64,000 nucleotides of DNA from Marinicella sp. (GTDB taxonomy: Bacteria; Pseudomonadota; Gammaproteobacteria; Xanthomonadales; Marinicellaceae). The stretch covers positions 1,696,001 to 1,760,000 of the forward strand of contig OZ246001.1 of NCBI GenBank assembly GCA_965230295.1. Reading direction: 5' to 3'. Below the pieces are notes generated by a model. The model saw only the letters and a list, made by a program, of their open reading frames with translations, searched no databases and had not been told where the DNA came from. Each line of letters opens with the position of its first letter. Within the stretch, counting starts at the first letter, position 1. A program made the translations under genes and the position numbers. Shown piece after piece: positions 49,710 to 58,459 of the stretch.

Positions 49710-50182
49710 TCGTTGTCTCCAATTTGAGCTTGTAGGTAGTTTTGTAAACCCACGTCATCAATCAATGAAACTTGGGTTTCGTGCCAGTCTATCAGTTCCT
49801 CTTCATGCGCCAAATGGGAGCTGAGTAAGTCACGGCTGACATAATCTTGGGCCGCTTCACAGGTGGTTATGGCTGTTTTGATAACTTGGTGTTGATTGGC
49901 CAGGAATTCACTGTTGCACTTGATCACTTCAGCCGTGTCTTCTCCAATGTTCAATTTACCCAGCTTTTGTAAATTGGGTAAACCACCCAGCAACAGTATG
50001 CGTTCGATCAAATCATCGGCATGCTTCATGTCTTTGATGGATTTTTTATAAAAGACTTCATCCAATTCAGCAAAGCCCCAATCCTTGGTCATGCGAGCAT
50101 GTAAAAAGAACTGATTGATGGAAGTCAATTTACTGGTTAATACCAGATTAAGTGTGGTGTGGATACTGCTGTCAATGTTCAT
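49706..50182 (-). CDS. bfr: Bacterioferritin, heme-binding subunit (degenerate ferroxidase centre)
   Basis: INQFFLHARM, SIKDMKHAD (Met52 present) and IERILLLGGLPNLQ; K at the E18 position. Confidence 0.88.
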   Translation of the reverse strand: MNIDSSIHTTLNLVLTSKLTSINQFFLHARMTKDWGFAELDEVFYKKSIKDMKHADDLIERILLLGGLPNLQKLGKLNIGEDTAEVIKCNSEFLANQHQVIKTAITTCEAAQDYVSRDLLSSHLAHEEELIDWHETQVSLIDDVGLQNYLQAQIGDNE

Positions 50183-50269
50183 GTTGTTGTGAGTTTTTGT
50201 AATAGTTGGATTCTAGATTGTTTTGTTGGCAAAGTCAAAAAATACATTTAATTTCAACCACTTAATACG

Positions 50270-50290
50270 TAACAAGAATCACTTTCATTT
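50270..50290. promoter_or_regulatory. Possible Fur box upstream of the bfr pair
   Basis: Reverse complement AAATGAAAGTGATTCTTGTTA resembles AAATGAGAATGATTCTCATTT-type Fur sites. Confidence 0.35.
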
Positions 50291-50387
50291 GTGTTTAGTT
50301 TTCTATTCTGGGTGAATGTATTCGTTCTCAGGCAAGCGTGTGCGATAATAAAAGCAGTCAATGTAAACAACATCAACCGGAGTCATT

Positions 50388-50822
50388 GTGTCAAACAACA
50401 AAACCCAAGCAACCGAAGCCAGTGTGATTAAATTCCTCACGGCGGTGTCACCAGAACACAAAAGACAAGATGCGTTCACCTTGTTGGAAATGATGGAAAG
50501 ACTGTCCGGCTATCAGGCTAAAATGTGGGGTCCAAGTATCGTGGGTTTTGGCCAGTACCATTACCGATATGACTCAGGACGAGAAGGCGATTTCATGCGC
50601 ATCGGTTTTTCACCCCGAAAAGCCAACATTTCTTTGTACATCATCACAGGGGTTAAACGGTACCCAGAGCTTTTGGACCAATTGGGCAAGCACAAAACAG
50701 GCAAATCATGTCTTTATGTCAATAAACTGAAAGACATCAAGTTGAACGTATTGGAACAGCTGATCAGTAAAGAATTGGCTTACATGGCAGAAAAGTACCC
50801 AGAAGACATACCATCAAGATAA
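50388..50822 (+). CDS. DUF1801 family protein
   Basis: MWGPSIVGFGQYHY.Y.SGREG, GFSPRK and LGKHKTGKSCLY motifs. Confidence 0.9.
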   Translation: MSNNKTQATEASVIKFLTAVSPEHKRQDAFTLLEMMERLSGYQAKMWGPSIVGFGQYHYRYDSGREGDFMRIGFSPRKANISLYIITGVKRYPELLDQLGKHKTGKSCLYVNKLKDIKLNVLEQLISKELAYMAEKYPEDIPSR

Positions 50823-50824
50823 CC

Positions 50825-51658
50825 ATGAAGACGTTGCCCAAAATCACCTGGGGTGATGCCAACGATCAACCCCCCATTTACTTTGCCCATGCCAACGGCT
50901 ATCCACCAGGCAGTTACCAATCGATCATCGATGCCTTGTCTACAGACCACCAGGTTGTATCGTATTTACAAAGGCCGCTGTGGCAACCCGCACCTGATGT
51001 CATGAGTATCCAGTCATGGCATGAGCTGGCAGATGATGTGATTCAATTTTTTGACCAGAACCACATGAAAAATGTGGTGGCTGTGGGCCATTCATTGGGT
51101 TCTGTAACGGCTTTTATGGCAGCCCAAAAAAGACCCGATCTGATCAAAGCATTGGTGATGATTGAACCTGTAGCCCTGCCTTGGATTTTTTGTTGGTTGA
51201 CACAGGTTTTTCCAGGTTTGGTCAGGCAGCGAGTCAGCATCATCCGCAAAGCCTTGAAGCGACCCAATCAATTTACTGATTTAGCAGCCGCCTTTGATTT
51301 CCACCGCAAACCACGGGTGTTTGGTCGCATCAGTGATGAAAACTTGTGGCATTACATCCGCGCCGGTGTGGTTCAACAAGGTGAAAACTATCGACTGGCA
51401 TATCCGCGTGAGTGGGAGGCCAGGATTTATGCCACAGCGACCTATTTCAGAGGTCAGTTGATTCATTCAAAACTGCCGGTTCTGGGTCTGAGAGGAGGTC
51501 ATTCAGATACGGTCGATGCCAAGTTTTGGCGTCGTTGGCAGCGCAATGATAACCACCAACACATTGAATTTCCAGAAGCGGGCCATTTACTGCCATTGGA
51601 AAACCCAGCGGCGGTGATTGAAGCCATCATGCCATTTGTGGAGCGTCACCAAAGATGA
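50825..51658 (+). CDS. Alpha/beta hydrolase
   Basis: FAHANGY, GHSLG and GHLLPLE motifs. Confidence 0.87.
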   Translation: MKTLPKITWGDANDQPPIYFAHANGYPPGSYQSIIDALSTDHQVVSYLQRPLWQPAPDVMSIQSWHELADDVIQFFDQNHMKNVVAVGHSLGSVTAFMAAQKRPDLIKALVMIEPVALPWIFCWLTQVFPGLVRQRVSIIRKALKRPNQFTDLAAAFDFHRKPRVFGRISDENLWHYIRAGVVQQGENYRLAYPREWEARIYATATYFRGQLIHSKLPVLGLRGGHSDTVDAKFWRRWQRNDNHQHIEFPEAGHLLPLENPAAVIEAIMPFVERHQR

Positions 51659-53181
51659 AAGGGGATGTTTTACATCAGTCCAAGGCAGGTACAATTGTCT
51701 TGACTACATTGAACAGTCGTTACATCCATGCTTCATTCAGCTTACGTTACCTCTATGCCAACTTGGGTGAACTGCAACCACAATCATCCATTGTAGAGTT
51801 CACCATACATGATCGAGCGATCGACATGGTTGAAAAGTTGTTGTCAAAATCTCCCTCCATCATAGGATTCAGTGTCTATATTTGGAATGTCGTGGAAACC
51901 ACGGCAGTGGTTAAGTTACTCAAAACAATTCAACCTGAAATCACCATTGTTTTGGGCGGTCCAGAAGTCAGCCACATCCCGGACCAACCGGAAGTGGTTG
52001 AGCTGGCAGATTATGTGATCAAAGGCCCGGGAGAGTCGAGTTTCCGTGCCTTGTGTCAACAAATTCTGAATCAACAATTGCCGGCAGAACAGGTCATCAA
52101 CGGTTTACCACAACCCTTGGAAGAGTTGTTGATGCCCTATGAGTATTATAATGAAGAAGATCTGAGTAACCGCATCATTTATGTTGAGGCATCTCGAGGA
52201 TGTCCTTTCAAATGTGAGTTTTGTCTGTCATCCTTGGACAAAACATCCAAAACGTTTACCCTGGACCGTTTCCTGGCTGAAATGGACCGGCTCTATAAGC
52301 TGGGTGCCAGGAATTTCAAATTCATTGACCGAACTTTCAACCTCAAGATCGCTCATTCAACGACCATCTTGCAGTTTTTTCTGGATCGTATGGATTCTGA
52401 GCTGATGGTGCATTTCGAAGTGATTCCTGATCGGTTGCCTGATAAGCTCAAAGTGCTGTTGCAACAGTTTCCGGTCAATAGTTTACAGTTTGAGGTGGGA
52501 GTACAAACGTTTGACCCAGAAATACAAACGCTGATCTCAAGACGTCAGGACAATGAACAAACCAAAGCCAACTTGAAGTGGCTGCGAGCTTCCACCCAAG
52601 CACACATCCATGCCGATTTGATATTTGGTCTACCGGGAGATACGTTGACAGGCTTTGCCGACAGTTTTGATCAACTGTACGCCTTACAACCACAGGAAAT
52701 CCAGCTGGGTATATTAAAAAGGTTGCGAGGTGCGCCCATCAATCGACACACCGCAGAATACCGAATGAAGTACAGTCCAGCGCCACCTTATGCGGTGTTA
52801 CAAACCAGAGACATCAGCTTCAATGAATTACAAAGAGTGGGACGTTTTGCTCGTTACTGGGACATCTTTGGTAACCAAGGACGCTTCAAACACAGTTTAC
52901 CTTTGATCATGGGCACACAACCGTTTGCGCGTTTCATGCAGTTTTCAGACGCCTTGTTTGCTCAAGCACAAAGCACCTGGAAAATTTCTTTCCGACGGCA
53001 GTTTGTGTTGTTATATCAGATCATTCCGACGGCGCTTAATGTCGACTCAGACGTTTTGTTCACAGCACTGCAAAAAGACTTCGATCGCAGTGGTGAAAAA
53101 GGCGTGCTGGCCCATTTGTTGAACCCCATTGAAAAAGCCAAAAAGAACCAAAAAAATGCCCGCCAAGCACGGCATTTGTGA
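51655..53181 (+). CDS. B12-binding domain radical SAM protein (DUF4080-type)
   Basis: GFSVYIWN, LGGPEVS, SRGCPFKCEFC, FIDRTFN and HADLIFGLP motifs. Confidence 0.9.
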   Translation: MKGDVLHQSKAGTIVLTTLNSRYIHASFSLRYLYANLGELQPQSSIVEFTIHDRAIDMVEKLLSKSPSIIGFSVYIWNVVETTAVVKLLKTIQPEITIVLGGPEVSHIPDQPEVVELADYVIKGPGESSFRALCQQILNQQLPAEQVINGLPQPLEELLMPYEYYNEEDLSNRIIYVEASRGCPFKCEFCLSSLDKTSKTFTLDRFLAEMDRLYKLGARNFKFIDRTFNLKIAHSTTILQFFLDRMDSELMVHFEVIPDRLPDKLKVLLQQFPVNSLQFEVGVQTFDPEIQTLISRRQDNEQTKANLKWLRASTQAHIHADLIFGLPGDTLTGFADSFDQLYALQPQEIQLGILKRLRGAPINRHTAEYRMKYSPAPPYAVLQTRDISFNELQRVGRFARYWDIFGNQGRFKHSLPLIMGTQPFARFMQFSDALFAQAQSTWKISFRRQFVLLYQIIPTALNVDSDVLFTALQKDFDRSGEKGVLAHLLNPIEKAKKNQKNARQARHL

Positions 53182-53247
53182 TGCAATAAATGTGAGGCTT
53201 GTGTGACACGCCATACCAATCAACAATCTCTGCTATAATCATTGGCC

Positions 53248-54360
53248 ATGGATGGCGTGAGTGATGAGGGACACCAGCCACAAGGGTATCCCTCGTTCAT
53301 AGAATATCAATGTGACCGACTGCTGCCAGTGGCCAAAATGTTGCTGGGGTTCAGTGTCATATACCTGATTGGATTTGCCATTCTGGATTATTTCAAATAC
53401 CCCGATCAGATACACACCATTGTCATCTTTCGCTTGCTGGCAGCCTTGCCGCTGTTGTTGTTGATTTCGTTTCTGAATAAACCAAAGTACCACTTAAAAA
53501 TTCCAAAGTTATTTCTCACATTAGGCTTGTTGTCTTTCAGTTGCTTTCTGGCCCTTAACCTGGCCATACCCGGGAAAAAATACATTGTGGTTTTGGTACC
53601 TGTTTTTTATATTTTGGCGGTTATAGCTATGGCACCGTTGTTCAAAACCAGTGAATTGTTGTTAACTTTCGTGTTGGGATTTTTGGTTTATTATTGGGCA
53701 GGGTTTTTTTATATCAAAGACAACGAATACATCAAGTTGGTTTTCCCACACATGACCGCCATTGTGTTGTTTACCCTGATCACAGTGATTAAGATCAAAC
53801 AGTCAGCAGAGGAAAACTATCAACTGGCCAAAGATTTGCACTGGCGTTCAGAACATGATGAATTAACCAAGGTGTTCAATCGGCGTGGGGTATTTGCCTG
53901 GATAACGGACCAAAACCTGTTCAATGGACAATCTTTCGAGCCCATATCTTTGGCAATGTTGGACCTGGACCATTTCAAAAGCATCAACGATGAATATGGT
54001 CATGATGTGGGCGATCAAGTGATTCAACAAAGTGCGCAGTTAATCAAAGATGAACTCGGCCCCAACTCGGTGGTTGCACGATTTGGTGGAGAAGAGTTTT
54101 TATTGGTTTTACAAGAAGGGTCAGAGGCTCAAAACTTATTGTGTACCAGAACCATTTTGGAAAAAATTCGGGACTTGGCGATCATCGAGGACAGCAACAA
54201 AACCAGAAACGTGACCGTCAGCATTGGATTTGTCAATCACCGCATCACCCACACCTTCGAACAAACATTGAAGGTGGCTGATGACTTTTTGTACCATGCC
54301 AAAGAGACGGGACGGAATAAAATGATCACAGGTCATGAAAAAGTAGCCAGCCATGGCTGA
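53248..54360 (+). CDS. Membrane-bound diguanylate cyclase (intact GGEEF)
   Basis: Five to six TM helices; DELTKVFNRR, DLDHFKSINDEYGH and RFGGEEF motifs. Confidence 0.88.
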   Translation: MDGVSDEGHQPQGYPSFIEYQCDRLLPVAKMLLGFSVIYLIGFAILDYFKYPDQIHTIVIFRLLAALPLLLLISFLNKPKYHLKIPKLFLTLGLLSFSCFLALNLAIPGKKYIVVLVPVFYILAVIAMAPLFKTSELLLTFVLGFLVYYWAGFFYIKDNEYIKLVFPHMTAIVLFTLITVIKIKQSAEENYQLAKDLHWRSEHDELTKVFNRRGVFAWITDQNLFNGQSFEPISLAMLDLDHFKSINDEYGHDVGDQVIQQSAQLIKDELGPNSVVARFGGEEFLLVLQEGSEAQNLLCTRTILEKIRDLAIIEDSNKTRNVTVSIGFVNHRITHTFEQTLKVADDFLYHAKETGRNKMITGHEKVASHG

Positions 54361-55243
54361 ACCCACACCTTGTCAAACCATTGATCTGCTCGATGTATCG
54401 GTGTTGGTAAAAAGGGAAGACTTGAATCATCCTGTGGTACAGGGCAACAAGCTGTGGAAACTGAAACACAATCTTTTGGCAGCCAAGAAGCAACAGTCAG
54501 ACACCGTGGTTACCTTTGGAGGCGCTTTTTCAAACCACCTGTTGGCAACAGCCTATGCGGCCAAGGCAGCCGGGTTGGCAGCGGTGGGCATCGTTCGTGG
54601 TGACGAACTGGATGACAATCAAGCGGTCTGGTCAGAAACCTTACATCGATGTGCTCACTATGGGATGCGCTTAGAGTTTGTGAACCGCAAGCATTATCGA
54701 CAAAAACAACACAGCCAAGCGGTGCAGCGTATACTTTCTGAATTACCCCATGCCTATTTGATCCCGGAAGGGGGCAGCAACTTATTGGCGACCCAGGGGG
54801 TGGCCGATATGGTGGCCGAGTTGGCTCAACAACTGCGCCAACAACCCACGCACTTGATTTGTCCGGTGGGTACCGGAGGTACTTTGGCTGGGTTAATCAC
54901 GGGGGTGAGCCAACAAGGGTGGCACAGTCAAGTCACGGGTGTTTCAGTCTTGAGAGGACTGAACTTCATAGAAGCAGATGTACAAGGATGGACTGAGCAT
55001 TTGGCGCCACCAGTATCGTGGCGGATTGTACACGATTTCCACGGTGGCGGTTATGCCAAACGAACCCCGGAAATGACCCGTTTTGCAGTGACCTTTTCTC
55101 AACAGCATGGTATTCCATTGGATAAAGTTTATAACATCAAATCATTTTATGCCTTGGCCCACATGATTAAATCAGGCCAATTGACAACCCAAGATCACCC
55201 ACTCATCATCCATACGGGCGGACTTCAAGGTGGCGTGCTGTGA
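54353..55243 (+). CDS. ACC deaminase/D-cysteine desulfhydrase family PLP enzyme
   Basis: KRED...GNK.WKL, TFGGAFSNH, PEGGSN, VGTGGT and HTGGLQG motifs. Confidence 0.88.
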   Translation: MAEPTPCQTIDLLDVSVLVKREDLNHPVVQGNKLWKLKHNLLAAKKQQSDTVVTFGGAFSNHLLATAYAAKAAGLAAVGIVRGDELDDNQAVWSETLHRCAHYGMRLEFVNRKHYRQKQHSQAVQRILSELPHAYLIPEGGSNLLATQGVADMVAELAQQLRQQPTHLICPVGTGGTLAGLITGVSQQGWHSQVTGVSVLRGLNFIEADVQGWTEHLAPPVSWRIVHDFHGGGYAKRTPEMTRFAVTFSQQHGIPLDKVYNIKSFYALAHMIKSGQLTTQDHPLIIHTGGLQGGVL

Positions 55244-55336
55244 ACCCAAGAAACGGACAAGTTGAGATTAATGTTACTCAACAAGCATTTTTCGTTTTAT
55301 AATCATAAATAGGCCGTTGTCGACTCAGGAGTTAGC

Positions 55337-56065
55337 GTGTACCAGAGAGAACAAAAAAAGACCACCTTTTCGGGCATCAGAATGTTTGTTGTGTTTTTGG
55401 GCTTGGCTCAAATCATCCCTGCTGTCGCCGCGGACGCCTCCTATGGTTTATTAAGCAACTGGACTTATTGGCTGTTTTTGCTGTTGTTTTTACTGATCGT
55501 TTTGTTGGTCATTAAGGTTCGCAATTACGGCAAAAATTTAGCCAAACTGGAAGCTGAATTAACCCACTTAAGTCGCACCGATGAATTGACACAATTGTTG
55601 AATAGACGCTACCTGGAAAAGCGACTGTATGAAGATTTTGAGTGGCATATGAGAAACGAGTCTTCAGACAGTGTGCTACTGATGATTGAAATTGATCAAT
55701 TTGATACCGTAACAGAAAACTTTGGTCATGCAGCAGGTGACTTGGTGGTTCAAACAGTCGCCAGCATCATCCAGACGCGTATCAGGAACACCGACTTGTG
55801 TGGTCGTTTTGCCGAAGAAACATTTTTGGTTTTGTTGCGTGACACCACCACAGAACCGGCCAGAACGTTGGCAGATCAGGTGTGCCAAAAGGTGGCCGAC
55901 ACCAACATGTTCTACGGTCAAAAAACCAACAACGTCACTTGTTGTGTCGGAGTGGCGGCTTATACAAAAGACATGGTTTCATGCCGAGACTGGATTCAAC
56001 AAGCAGAAAAAGCACTCTATAAAGCCAAACAATTGGGAAATAACCAAGCTTTCATTTACCAATAA
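55337..56065 (+). CDS. Membrane-anchored degenerate GGDEF protein (AEETF; RxxD I-site retained)
   Basis: Two hydrophobic segments; DELTQLLNRR, FGHAAGD, RNTD-LCGRF-AEETF and ALYKAK motifs. Confidence 0.8.
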   Translation: MYQREQKKTTFSGIRMFVVFLGLAQIIPAVAADASYGLLSNWTYWLFLLLFLLIVLLVIKVRNYGKNLAKLEAELTHLSRTDELTQLLNRRYLEKRLYEDFEWHMRNESSDSVLLMIEIDQFDTVTENFGHAAGDLVVQTVASIIQTRIRNTDLCGRFAEETFLVLLRDTTTEPARTLADQVCQKVADTNMFYGQKTNNVTCCVGVAAYTKDMVSCRDWIQQAEKALYKAKQLGNNQAFIYQ

Positions 56066-56137
56066 ACCTTGTTTCTCAGAGCCACGGGCTACTGTTTATA
56101 AGCCCAGTCATAAGATCAAAAAAAAATTTGAAAGCTG

Positions 56138-57892
56138 TCACCTGACAACATCACTTGAAATTTCTTTGAGGCTCATCAAGGCCCTTTGTTTGGTGTCGGC
56201 ATCAATGATTTCTGACAAAATACTGGCCGGATTGTTGGGGTTGATTGAAGCTCCCAGATTGACCAACCCTGCAATGGCGTCACGCCTGATTTCAGGGTTG
56301 GTGTCACCAGCAGCTTTGATCAACAGAGATTGGCATGATGGCCCTCCATGTTGGTCAATATAGGCGACCACCCGGTCTAATCGACAAAGGGTTTTGGTGT
56401 GGTTGACGGCACAGCTTCTGACATCTTCATCAGGGTGGTTTAAATAGGAAAAAACCGGTTCGGGGTTAACCAAAACATCCAGGTTAATCAGCGCTACATA
56501 AGCCCGCATCTGTACACCCGCATCAGGGTCATTCCGATGAATGTACTGTAAGGCTTGGTGCACATACGTTTCATCATGTGTTTGCAATGCTTCAACCAAA
56601 GAATGTCTCACGCCTGTTGATGGGTCGTTTGAGAATTGTCTGGTCATGATCTGTAAGGCTTCGTGGTCATTCAGTTTACCAATGGCCAATATAGATTGCA
56701 TTCGGGTGTGTGGTACGGGATATTCTTTGGCGGTTTTGAGCAAGTATGGGATGGCCCTTTTGTCACCCCGGCTCCCCAGTGATTTGGCTGCTTCATCAGC
56801 TTTATATTTATCGCGACCAAACAGGGTTTGAATTTCTGCCTGTAAAGAATTTTCAGATGGTTTTGAGACGATACCGGCTGAGGCCAACATAAGTAAAAAG
56901 ATAAAGGATGTGGCGGTGATGAGTTTAATCGAGAACCTGTTTACAACGCTCAATGTTTGGTCTTTTTGTTGGACGATGGACTTGATTCTGGCTGCCAAAC
57001 CTTGTTGTTGGGTCATGGCAACAGAGGCGTATTTGGTTTCTTTCCTTAGGTCACGGGTGATGGCTACCAACTCCTCCGCATATTCAAGGTGGTTCTTGCC
57101 ACTTTTCACCACTTGTTCATCACAAGACAGCTCGCGTTCCAGTCCATGTTGGTGAACCACATACCAGACCAATGGATTTGACCAGTACATACATTTAGCC
57201 AGCTGGTTAATGAGAACCAGAATGTGATCCAAACGAGATGCATGAGTCAATTCATGTAGAAACACAGTTTTTAGGCGCTCATGGGACCACTGATTGGCCG
57301 CTTGTGGCAGCAAGATTTTGGGTCGAAACAGGCCCCAAATTAAGGGTGACCCAATGACTTTACTGATACCTATTTTGACTTTAAGCTGACAGTCAACAGC
57401 TTGTTTGGCTTGTAACAAAATTGTTTGCCAGTGTTTTGGGGGAGCTGTAGATTGGCGTGAAAAGACAGCCAGCCCCAATAAATCAGCCAGTAATTTAGCC
57501 AACAGAATGATGGCTCCACATGTCCAAATTAGCAGCGCCAAGCCCAAAAAGTACTCCCAGAAACTCAAGGCCACATTGTTGTTATTGTTAATGCCACTGA
57601 TGTCCATAACCGATTCCAGGGTGGTGGGTTTCCCTGAATACTGGATTTCATCAGCAGGTATCAAGACACTGTAACCAGGAGGGTGAATCACCGGTGCTTC
57701 CCAGGTAGGTAGCGTTTGGTGTAACAACGGCAGCATCACAACCACAACCAATACCAATGACCACAACCAATACCTGACATTGGCTTGATAGCTTTTTAAC
57801 AACCGGGACCCCAGAATACCAAGCACCAAGATGACGGTTGATTTGATAAACAGCAGTGCAGCAAACTCGAACAAAAACCATTCAAACTTCAT
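56138..57892 (-). CDS. BlaR1/MecR1-type M56 metallopeptidase sensor with C-terminal HEAT repeats
   Basis: RYWLW, SPLIWG..RPKILLP, HELTH..R.D, WSNPLVW and RELSCD motifs, a TM helix, then HEAT-like repeats (DPSTGVR, DPDAGVQ, HPDEDVR, DTNPEIR). Confidence 0.88.
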   Translation of the reverse strand: MKFEWFLFEFAALLFIKSTVILVLGILGSRLLKSYQANVRYWLWSLVLVVVVMLPLLHQTLPTWEAPVIHPPGYSVLIPADEIQYSGKPTTLESVMDISGINNNNNVALSFWEYFLGLALLIWTCGAIILLAKLLADLLGLAVFSRQSTAPPKHWQTILLQAKQAVDCQLKVKIGISKVIGSPLIWGLFRPKILLPQAANQWSHERLKTVFLHELTHASRLDHILVLINQLAKCMYWSNPLVWYVVHQHGLERELSCDEQVVKSGKNHLEYAEELVAITRDLRKETKYASVAMTQQQGLAARIKSIVQQKDQTLSVVNRFSIKLITATSFIFLLMLASAGIVSKPSENSLQAEIQTLFGRDKYKADEAAKSLGSRGDKRAIPYLLKTAKEYPVPHTRMQSILAIGKLNDHEALQIMTRQFSNDPSTGVRHSLVEALQTHDETYVHQALQYIHRNDPDAGVQMRAYVALINLDVLVNPEPVFSYLNHPDEDVRSCAVNHTKTLCRLDRVVAYIDQHGGPSCQSLLIKAAGDTNPEIRRDAIAGLVNLGASINPNNPASILSEIIDADTKQRALMSLKEISSDVVR

Positions 57893-57894
57893 TG

Positions 57895-58293
57895 TTATTG
57901 ATCCACTTTCTTTTGTTTTGCTGCTTCAATGATGGCACTGAGTTCATCCAATTCACTGTCGGCGAGCTGGTTGGTTGAAACATCAATCAAGGTGGCCACA
58001 GCCTGGGGAGTTGAGTTGGAAAAAAAAGTTTCTAGCAGGTGTTTGGTTGCAGCATGAGCTGCTTTAGGTTGGGGTTTGGTGGGCTGGTAAATATACTGTC
58101 TGCTCTCTTTAAAGTGGCTGACAAACCCTTTGCTTTCTAACACACCTAAAATCACTCTGATGCTGTTATAACTGGGCGGGTTGCTGATGTTCTCCAGCAC
58201 ATCATGAACGCTTCCTTGTTTGATTTTATAGAGCGCATCCATGATTTGGGACTCCCTTCTGGATAACTGTGCATGCATGTTTTTTGTGTTCAT
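57895..58293 (-). CDS. BlaI/MecI/CopY family repressor
   Basis: LSRRESQIMDALY, SYNSIRVIL..LESKG.V and LLETFF motifs. Confidence 0.92.
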   Translation of the reverse strand: MNTKNMHAQLSRRESQIMDALYKIKQGSVHDVLENISNPPSYNSIRVILGVLESKGFVSHFKESRQYIYQPTKPQPKAAHAATKHLLETFFSNSTPQAVATLIDVSTNQLADSELDELSAIIEAAKQKKVDQ

Positions 58294-58344
58294 AAACGGC
58301 TTTGGTATTGCAATGATAAGTTGATGATACAGAAAAAAAACTTG

Positions 58345-58366
58345 AGTGTAAATATTTTTGCATTTA
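58345..58366. promoter_or_regulatory. Putative BlaI-family operator, copy 1
   Basis: AGTGTAAATATTTTTGCATTTA; its reverse complement matches 58491-58512 at 21/22. Confidence 0.6.
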
Positions 58367-58459
58367 TATTATAAAAAGAAATTCCTGTTTTGGCTAGATT
58401 GCCGGATTAAGCTGAGACTGAGGATTGGGCTACCTAATTAAATGCATATCGAGGTTTTT

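Noticed and set aside
56138-58293. Beta-lactam resistance locus
   Set aside because: The sensor has no penicillin-binding (SxxK) domain and no beta-lactamase or PBP gene is adjacent.
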